From the IMG/VR virus record IMGVR_UViG_3300037461_001096, positions 64,001 to 128,000 of that record: a DNA stretch of 64,000 bases; one strand, 5' to 3'. Under the pieces are notes generated by a model. It was not told where the DNA came from. It did no database searches and saw only the letters and a list, made by a program, of their open reading frames with translations. This document shows positions 58,001 to 64,000 of this stretch, piece by piece (within the stretch, counting starts at the first letter, position 1; the number at the start of each line of letters is the position of its first letter). The translations under genes were made by a program, and so were the position numbers. The stretch is from a virus.

Positions 58001-60230
58001 TACCCTGGATATATAAAGACACTGGACTATCTAGACTAAGTGTCTTTCCGGCAGAATTGAATATAATTGTTCTAGACCCAACAGTATAAGCAGGAACCTC
58101 TTGACTAATTTTAAACGATGCCGTCTCTGTTCTTTGTGTGGATGTAACAGTGACACCATCATCTGATGTGTCAAGAGATACATAATTAACCCGAAAAACT
58201 TCTCCTGGCCTGGCTGCAAGAGAAAAACCAACTTGCCCAACATTTTCTTTCACTGAATATTGACCGACGTCAACTTTAGTGAATGGGCCTGACAGTCCAG
58301 TTGGGCTCCTATATAAGGAAAACCTTTTAGGTACCGACGAGACCGGAGCCCAGATTCTGTCTGCAATGATTTCATCCGTAGCTCTAACGGAAGCGGACAC
58401 GGTCTCTGCGCTGAGAAACGGTGGATCTACAGTTATAACTGTAGATGACTTGACTCCAATTATATCCCGAATACCAGAGTTAGACCCGGTTAGAATGAGG
58501 AGTCGCTTATTAATATCTGAAGCGTTGAACGATGGAGACGTTGCGGTGAATGTGCTGTTATAAGCAGATCCAGAAATATCTCTCGAATTAGCATCACCTT
58601 CCCCAATGGGCTCAACAAATTCAATTACCCCCGCCGAAGCATTCAAATCGAAGTCTGACATAGACAAAAGAACATCATTCATCTTTATTTGAACACCACG
58701 AGTGCTCAAAGCCGCGTTATCAAGCTTGATAAATGACTGACTCTGCGGGAGGGTGAATGCTCTCGGGTGCGCACGATATGTGAATTTAAGTCTTTTTGTA
58801 TCCAAATCTAGAAGATACCCCAACCCGGGTAATGACGGGTTAGTGGCGTCAACAAGATTTCCAACATATTTACCAGTCCCCATCTCGACCTTCAGCTTAA
58901 GATTCGAGTTAACGGTAGGAACTGTCGGGAGCATCATGAATGGAAACCCAGGAATATTATCGGTTAAAAGTTGAGAAACTTTATATATGACCGTGAAATC
59001 TGGTGCTACAGATGGTCCTGGGCCGTTAGCCCCAGATCTCCTCATCCGAACGGCGACACCAGGGGCCCCCACAGACAGCAATGCATCAACATATCCAAAG
59101 GTCCACAAACGAAAACTGGTGACATCAGACGCCGACAGAAAAACGTTTCCAGTGTCTTTATCTAGATAAAACCACCCAGCAGACGGAGGATTGGATGGAT
59201 ACCCATTAGAGGATTGAAAAATCTGTGCACACGAAAAATAGTTTCTGATATTTCCACTTTTTTCGGCAAATACAATAAACTTGACAGAATCATCGCTACC
59301 AATTGCCACAGGAATGTTGAACGATGGATTCGGCCATCCAGACGATAAAGTTATCCCACTTTGTCTTGATAAAGCAGCCGATCCAATAAACAAACCGTCA
59401 TAATAGACAGTCTCTTCAGGATTTGCTGTTATATCAGCTGCAGAGAACTTTAGCTTTCCGGTATCAGCCGACCACAATACCGTTCCAATAGAGACGGATC
59501 CCATAGAACTCTCTGTTGGAACTTCGATCGGGGTTAAATATGGTCCGTATCCGATCCGGATTCTCGGGGTCTGACCCGAAGCTGGCCTCGGATTCATGAA
59601 AATGCGGTAATCTGTTGTAGAAAAAGCTGGTAACGACCCGATTGCTCCCTTACTTTGCATTCTCGAAACAAATGACTGTCCCGTGAACAGGACTGGTTTA
59701 TTCTGATGTAAAACTGTGTCAACAGCACTAAAATTTAGCTGTCCGCTACTATTCACTTCAACAGTGAGAGATGGTAGACTGGATGGATCTGAAAAAGCTC
59801 CGGATCCTACAAAAACTAATGAAAAGGAAATGCGCGGAGTTTCATCAATATATAAATCGAATGGGGCGGAGCTTTTTTTTGAAGGATCCGGAACTGGAAT
59901 TGTTAGACGAGTGCTGTTTGATAGATCCCCAACGGCACGTGGAGCCATCCCTGGCATTGATAGCCATCTACCAGAAAAGGTGTCATAGTCAAATCTCACA
60001 ATTCCTGGGTCATTCCTTGTCCAATAAAACAGCAAACTCGGATCTGCAATGTCCAATTCATTTTTAGCTGGGTCCAATGAGCCGGCAATGACAGCATACT
60101 CGGCCCGTTCAGTCATTGTATTTAAAATGTTTTGACTAATTAAGACACTGTCTGGAGGATGTGTATAAACATTGTTACCAGTACTATAGCGAATACCTTC
60201 TAACAGAATACCACTCATATCAAGAGTCAT
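54906..60230 (-). CDS. large virion structural protein
   Basis: 1774 aa, beta-rich, within the tail/baseplate operon. Confidence 0.7.
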   Translation of the reverse strand: MTLDMSGILLEGIRYSTGNNVYTHPPDSVLISQNILNTMTERAEYAVIAGSLDPAKNELDIADPSLLFYWTRNDPGIVRFDYDTFSGRWLSMPGMAPRAVGDLSNSTRLTIPVPDPSKKSSAPFDLYIDETPRISFSLVFVGSGAFSDPSSLPSLTVEVNSSGQLNFSAVDTVLHQNKPVLFTGQSFVSRMQSKGAIGSLPAFSTTDYRIFMNPRPASGQTPRIRIGYGPYLTPIEVPTESSMGSVSIGTVLWSADTGKLKFSAADITANPEETVYYDGLFIGSAALSRQSGITLSSGWPNPSFNIPVAIGSDDSVKFIVFAEKSGNIRNYFSCAQIFQSSNGYPSNPPSAGWFYLDKDTGNVFLSASDVTSFRLWTFGYVDALLSVGAPGVAVRMRRSGANGPGPSVAPDFTVIYKVSQLLTDNIPGFPFMMLPTVPTVNSNLKLKVEMGTGKYVGNLVDATNPSLPGLGYLLDLDTKRLKFTYRAHPRAFTLPQSQSFIKLDNAALSTRGVQIKMNDVLLSMSDFDLNASAGVIEFVEPIGEGDANSRDISGSAYNSTFTATSPSFNASDINKRLLILTGSNSGIRDIIGVKSSTVITVDPPFLSAETVSASVRATDEIIADRIWAPVSSVPKRFSLYRSPTGLSGPFTKVDVGQYSVKENVGQVGFSLAARPGEVFRVNYVSLDTSDDGVTVTSTQRTETASFKISQEVPAYTVGSRTIIFNSAGKTLSLDSPVSLYIQGITQDPTTYSLSSPGVITLQNALTSGPVTIDYWVKEANGGELSFNLLYSPIENDSLKILGPVPGGSSGQRTLTVSGNQTNIFKPGGAILIENKDILYTTSSVYDLTSDITTISFAQASVADGSSIKVCDVINQRHALSFIAPMHTPSYMIEETNTVEIFVFGTNSVRIHGNSTSNYRIGTVIDFDDDPYWVLGSSYDAASNITTVSTAGSARRNYITPIVKRTIRPIADPLGDFSTLRSAHISRGFVLAKMGKTSSSVLQKDIDYSLGDDGIFKLRAPVTFGDILRVMYVARVFQPIGTKFEVNFAYEIAPDNSNGLISQQLRMDYDLHAPDSFFYRVETIVSLLPEAKSLATSNTSILSSGPNVVSISSQQTKDAGLPSPWYFSTFYQSMDVVASRFLKFYHDVINIYEDILSFVDGRIVGGSSGRFRYDGIVHKVTDYQSIKNDIDDEVKLYDTISMSSSFPLRTVLIPVYGKMSDPNVLSRLFPTVSIGAAYIQDIISSKNGDQVGSYKIKNITSVGTTTTSRASAFFTSSTVTPSGTWFTIDSTADAINFAEILRGGSSPSSGTNGDPTNLVSPFLNDQKIQVFDLEGNKLADGEILSIDLVNPYIVHTNISTPMPQIGGLAQVPPDPPDFSGDKNMQNMYVPGIDYTYTPDNGQILYFKMPSGFPFKNNPLVGNEIVEASVSFSNVDMKPKRVPALDGSEANDSGRLSIPRTRLNCELNMLLKELSLLRAGIAKHEFVGPNITVVSIFGKNLAIGDVIQFVDGPNSGQVATVSKIFPTYVVLNSHLTGLDLTGSSFIVGSVTNIQYTLNDEIKFLNFELACLDNAVTMFGEQISSGYGTSTSESVWTSSSSLSGTEGKLLWVKSGLSRGLWKISSASGNTVTVNSSPYPPLIAGATGQYSIINPWAFLQELEFKFVACFYRNTLTFLKLTQSFSPTYDDVVARATVVQQRQKDLSGMLGSGGNIPSLTSLLRDGDNLYDMRYLWIDQRTNKETGLLQLQTRATAQALDILTKITDNQRKALTLDAIA

Positions 60231-60253
60231 GTTGGACGATACTCACAAGGGAG

Positions 60254-60835
60254 TTATAATAACTTACCAGATCCAATACCTGAAGAGGGTATTATACTTG
60301 GCGGTCCAGCGATAGCTATTATCCCAATAGCCGTTGGCAGGACAGAGTCTAATGCTTTAGCTATGGCCGTCGCTAATCGGGGGGCGGCCGTACCGGTCAT
60401 TCCGGCACTAAGAAAAGCTGCCGTGAATATTCCAACAGCTGCTGTAGTATTAGGTGTAATCTGCAGTTTTCCGGTCCCAACCCCGACAGATGGGTGTAAC
60501 GTGTTTATTATAGCTGTCGATAAAGCTGTCGAGTATCCAATAGATACCCCAAGCGCGATCTGTGGCATTGAAAGTCCGGAAATTCCGTGTCCAGGCAAAA
60601 ATCCAGAGAGCGCAGTAAACAAAATTGACTGTGGGATTAACACGCCAATGCCGATTCCCTTACCAGCACCGGCAGTCCCAATATCAATCGTCCCTACATT
60701 CATGGCGGTTTTGCCATATGTACATAAAGCATTTGTCAGGCCAAGTGTTAACCTACCACTTCCAGTACCGATAGCCCCAGCCGACAGAAGCCCAGTCCTG
60801 ACAAGAGCACCAACGGAAATAGGGTCAAGTGGCAT
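60254..60835 (-). CDS. Gly/Ala-rich hydrophobic virion protein
   Basis: Likely start MPLDP at 60835 (TGATG overlap with the spike gene); internal two-fold repeat (LxxG/AxxxA...G.G.G). Confidence 0.65.
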   Translation of the reverse strand: MPLDPISVGALVRTGLLSAGAIGTGSGRLTLGLTNALCTYGKTAMNVGTIDIGTAGAGKGIGIGVLIPQSILFTALSGFLPGHGISGLSMPQIALGVSIGYSTALSTAIINTLHPSVGVGTGKLQITPNTTAAVGIFTAAFLSAGMTGTAAPRLATAIAKALDSVLPTAIGIIAIAGPPSIIPSSGIGSGKLL

Positions 60836-63072
60836 CAGGGGCCTATGAGACATGTTGGCATACCCATTAAGGGTATACCGGTAATGTAATCCAGAGATGG
60901 AATCGGGGGCCCCATAACCCCAGTCACCACATTCCCAACAACAGACATCCCGATTTTCACCATGGGGGCTTGGACCAAGGCCATTGACCCAGAAGCCATC
61001 ATGTTTACCCCAGCTGCAAGTGAAGAAATAGCTCCAGTTGCATTCATGGTTATCGCCCCGCCAGAAGTTATCGCCGTAGCCCCACCTGATGTAACTGATA
61101 CGGCTCCGCCAGCGGTCATGGTTAGCGTACCAGCTCCAACTGTTACTGCGTAAGCACCAGCCACCACAGTAGTGCTATGTGTACCAGCAACAACGGTTGT
61201 TGAATCGACGCCGGCTACTGTCATCTTTGTACAACCTGTATAAGTCGTTGTTATTCGTAGTCTAGCAAACGACTCAGAAGCTTTATCCAAACATGTAATG
61301 TCATAAGAACCAAGACTACGAAGTACGTATCCACCAGTGCCAATATTTCTACGGGCCCCTTCAGCTTCAAGTGCTGAAACACCCCCACACATAATAACCT
61401 GGCCACTTCCTGCGCTGATGACATGTGACCCGCCGACCGAAACATACTCAGTTCCAGAAATCACTGTTTCTCGACCCTGAAGGCCAGCGTAGGTTGTTTT
61501 GACCTTGCCACGATAAGTGACATCTACAGATACAGAGTCTTCACCGTCAGATGAATCGTCTTTAAATGATCCAAGATCAAGCTTCACCCCTCCAAGCGTC
61601 CTTAGATTTAAACTGACCCTATCAGAATTCGCCCCAAGAAAAGCTTTTACCCCTCCAATCGTGTTGACATCAACCGATTGCATGGACCCCCTGGCAGCAG
61701 GCACATTCCAAAATACACGTCCCTCCTTTGTAACGGCAAAGACGTATTCTACAGCATCATCTATTGGGGGGCTTATCCTAAAAAGTCTGGCTAAAGCAAT
61801 TGTATCTGCTTGAGACGGTTCTTGTGCTGTGTCAACAGCAAAAAGTTCTGCCTGTGGACTTTCCATGTCATCATTTGATTTGAACATCGACATGGATAAA
61901 ATTCTGGAGTATAAAGCCCGGCCGGCGTCCGAAAATGGATCGTTTCCTACAACAGTTCCTTTCACGTCCTCAATGAAAACACGTTTCAAAAGATTATCTA
62001 CTTGTATCCCATCGCCCTCCTCCGTAACAGACATCACCCCATTGTGAGTATGAAAGATGTCGGAACGGTCTTCAACATAGCATTCGTCTGTTTCATCAAA
62101 ACGTTTGTCATGGGTTCCATGAACTATATAGCTTTGACGACGACCATCCGACGTGACAACAAATGGATATATAGGGTCAGTTTGGTCTGGTAGGGTCACC
62201 TTGCCAGTGGAGTCAATAAACCCGAAGTTTGTAAGAATTGAAAAAGCAGAGCTTGCTGGGTCTATTTGGTCAACCAGAACAGTTGACCAAATACCGTCTT
62301 CATTCTGAATATCCTTAGTCTTTTCATATAAAACGTCTTCTATTGTCTTTGACCCAATCATACCTGGCTCTCTGTCTTTAACAGAGAGAAGTAAGTCTGG
62401 AAGTAGATTAAAGGCATTCCTACGAATTAAACCACGTCTATAAAATCCGGCCCCACTGCTGACGAATTCATTTATAGTCTGTAGTATAGACGTTTGATCC
62501 GAATCTCTTAGTTTAAATTCATTTCCAGCTCTATTTTGGAGGGTTGAGTCCCTATCAAGAATAAAATCGGCTCCCTGGCTCGATGATGCCAGAAAATCTC
62601 CGCTATAGGCCTTTCTGGCTTTTAGACGAATCGTATCGAGGTTATATCTTGGATCTTTTGCTAAATCAGGTATGATTCTAATGGCTTCTTTGGCTTCCTG
62701 CGGATCACATACTGAAAACGGTTCATATTGCCTGGCCGGAAACGTCCCAGTCGTTAAAAAAGCAACAATTTGTGGTCTAAAGTTTCGGTTACCAAATTCT
62801 GCCCATTCAACCAACACCTTTGTCCCGGGCTCTGGTATGCACCCCGCCCAAGATCGTGGCCCACTTCCAGCTGGAGCCGGAAGTGGTACATCATGCCATT
62901 CTTTAGCTGCTCCAAGATGGAGAGCGACAGAACAAACCATCGTCTCAACATCCACATGAATTATATGTCCAGTCCAAAGAAATGTATGCGCGTCCCTGGA
63001 CTGAAGTGATCTCTGTCGTACTCCGCCAATATTCGGATCTGGAACTGGAGGGCCAAAATCTTTCGGGGGCAT
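60835..63072 (-). CDS. baseplate central spike (gp5/gpV/VgrG-like)
   Basis: N-terminal OB-fold pattern (GHIIHVD...V.L...P.PGTKVLV) and C-terminal ~8-residue beta-helix repeats (TTVVAG, VTVGAG, ITSGGA). Confidence 0.7.
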   Translation of the reverse strand: MPPKDFGPPVPDPNIGGVRQRSLQSRDAHTFLWTGHIIHVDVETMVCSVALHLGAAKEWHDVPLPAPAGSGPRSWAGCIPEPGTKVLVEWAEFGNRNFRPQIVAFLTTGTFPARQYEPFSVCDPQEAKEAIRIIPDLAKDPRYNLDTIRLKARKAYSGDFLASSSQGADFILDRDSTLQNRAGNEFKLRDSDQTSILQTINEFVSSGAGFYRRGLIRRNAFNLLPDLLLSVKDREPGMIGSKTIEDVLYEKTKDIQNEDGIWSTVLVDQIDPASSAFSILTNFGFIDSTGKVTLPDQTDPIYPFVVTSDGRRQSYIVHGTHDKRFDETDECYVEDRSDIFHTHNGVMSVTEEGDGIQVDNLLKRVFIEDVKGTVVGNDPFSDAGRALYSRILSMSMFKSNDDMESPQAELFAVDTAQEPSQADTIALARLFRISPPIDDAVEYVFAVTKEGRVFWNVPAARGSMQSVDVNTIGGVKAFLGANSDRVSLNLRTLGGVKLDLGSFKDDSSDGEDSVSVDVTYRGKVKTTYAGLQGRETVISGTEYVSVGGSHVISAGSGQVIMCGGVSALEAEGARRNIGTGGYVLRSLGSYDITCLDKASESFARLRITTTYTGCTKMTVAGVDSTTVVAGTHSTTVVAGAYAVTVGAGTLTMTAGGAVSVTSGGATAITSGGAITMNATGAISSLAAGVNMMASGSMALVQAPMVKIGMSVVGNVVTGVMGPPIPSLDYITGIPLMGMPTCLIGP

Positions 63073-63106
63073 GCGTCACTCTAACCTTACTATTGTAATA
63101 TCAATC

Positions 63107-63481
63107 GTGTTGATTATCCAAGCCGTAACAATAAACGGGGAAATCCTAGAAAAAGGGAAATGGAATATAGAGACGCTAAACAACGTCCCTATCAATACTG
63201 GTCACAGTGTTTGCATTAGTTTATACACATCAGATAAAGATTTACTGAATTATATACAAAGACAAAACAAAAGCGAATGCTGTTTAGATAAGTCAAAAAA
63301 CGGAGAAATATCTATCATTGCAACTTTCATAGTAAAAGAAATACGTCATATGATAGATAGGTATACATTTCAATCATTATGCACTATTGAACCGATCAAT
63401 AGATTTGTGGAACAGGCGGTCCTGTTTTTACTAAATCCAGGAAAATGTGATAAACGTTTTGTTGAAACAGTTCACGGTTAG
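63107..63481 (+). CDS. hypothetical protein on the opposite strand within the structural operon
   Basis: AT-rich ORF 63071..63481. Likely GTG (63107) or TTG (63110) start after G-TAATAT; it fills the gap between minus-strand genes. Confidence 0.5.
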   Translation: MLIIQAVTINGEILEKGKWNIETLNNVPINTGHSVCISLYTSDKDLLNYIQRQNKSECCLDKSKNGEISIIATFIVKEIRHMIDRYTFQSLCTIEPINRFVEQAVLFLLNPGKCDKRFVETVHG

Positions 63482-64000
63482 GGGTTAGTCTTCGGAGAAC
63501 GTGGACTTGGTGGAACTTCTCCGCTATCATGAACAGTTTCATAAACTGGATTTGTTGGGCCTGCAAATTCAAATGGATCGGTTATGACGACCGGTGGTGT
63601 TGTGAATGGGGCGGGGGTTATTGGCTGTGGCTGACCTGGAGGTGGCTTCCCGCTAGTTTCATTAGTGGTAGAACCTATGGGTTCTGGCTGATTTGTGAAT
63701 GTTTCCCCTCCTCCAAAAAAGCCGGTACCACTGGTGCTTATGCCTACCCCGTGCTGTGCAACACTGCTTGCCAAACTTCTAGTAAAACCTTGTTGACTTA
63801 GATTTCTTTTCCATTGTTTAAAATCATCTTCGACTTGCGCGAGACGTTTGTTCTGTTCATCTGCTGTTTTAGCAAAGTCATCATAAGCTGCCTCTGTATT
63901 GCTCCAGTCCCAATTAATTTGATCTTGAAGAGTTTGCAAAGCTTGAGGGTCCCCCAATGAGACTCTGTCAAACAAGGATCCGCCAGAAGCTCCCAAAACG
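63478..64000 (-). CDS. C-terminal part of a protein running off the window end
   Basis: The frame is open to the window edge; Pro/Thr-rich tail; upstream of the spike gene. Confidence 0.6.
   Translation of the reverse strand, partial: VLGASGGSLFDRVSLGDPQALQTLQDQINWDWSNTEAAYDDFAKTADEQNKRLAQVEDDFKQWKRNLSQQGFTRSLASSVAQHGVGISTSGTGFFGGGETFTNQPEPIGSTTNETSGKPPPGQPQPITPAPFTTPPVVITDPFEFAGPTNPVYETVHDSGEVPPSPRSPKTNP

Noticed and set aside
60363-60848. 161-aa + strand ORF, plus many similar antisense ORFs across 21-63 kb
   Set aside because: These are antisense shadows of long minus-strand structural genes.
1-64000. CRISPR array, tRNA/rRNA genes, diversity-generating retroelement, stop-codon reassignment
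   Set aside because: I saw no spaced direct repeats, cloverleafs, reverse transcriptase or TR/VR pairs by eye. The intergenic gaps are short. Long ORFs are intact in the standard code, and TAA, TAG and TGA all act as stops.

Overview
This window looks like part of a large (jumbo-type) tailed dsDNA phage genome read in the standard genetic code. The host is probably Gram-negative, but the sequence alone cannot confirm it. Positions 1-20 kb hold an early/replication region: a partial J-domain gene, a YkgJ-type Cys-cluster protein, folD, a sigma70-type factor, a ThyX-like protein lacking catalytic motifs, a family A DNA polymerase, DnaJ, a stand-alone CHC2 primase zinc finger, a DUF1906-like hydrolase, a DnaB-like helicase with two inteins, a DnaC-like protein without Walker motifs and an SNF2 helicase. 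Positions 20.5-64 kb hold a minus-strand virion tail/baseplate operon: a membrane-protein pair, a beta-helix tail fibre/spike, large paralogous structural proteins, baseplate J-, I- and gp25-like proteins and a central spike. Four observations stand out. (1) Two free-standing genes fuse a Vsr/DUF559-type nuclease to a Mom-like GNAT domain but carry completely different N-terminal repeat arrays. (2) A His-pair helical repeat in two virion proteins always occurs in multiples of three. (3) A ThyX-fold pseudoenzyme lies near folD. (4) The PolA carries a DnaE-C-terminal-like tail on a microsatellite-encoded Pro-Thr linker. All family calls come from reading motifs by eye; no database searches were run. 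I saw no tRNA, rRNA, CRISPR array or reverse transcriptase.
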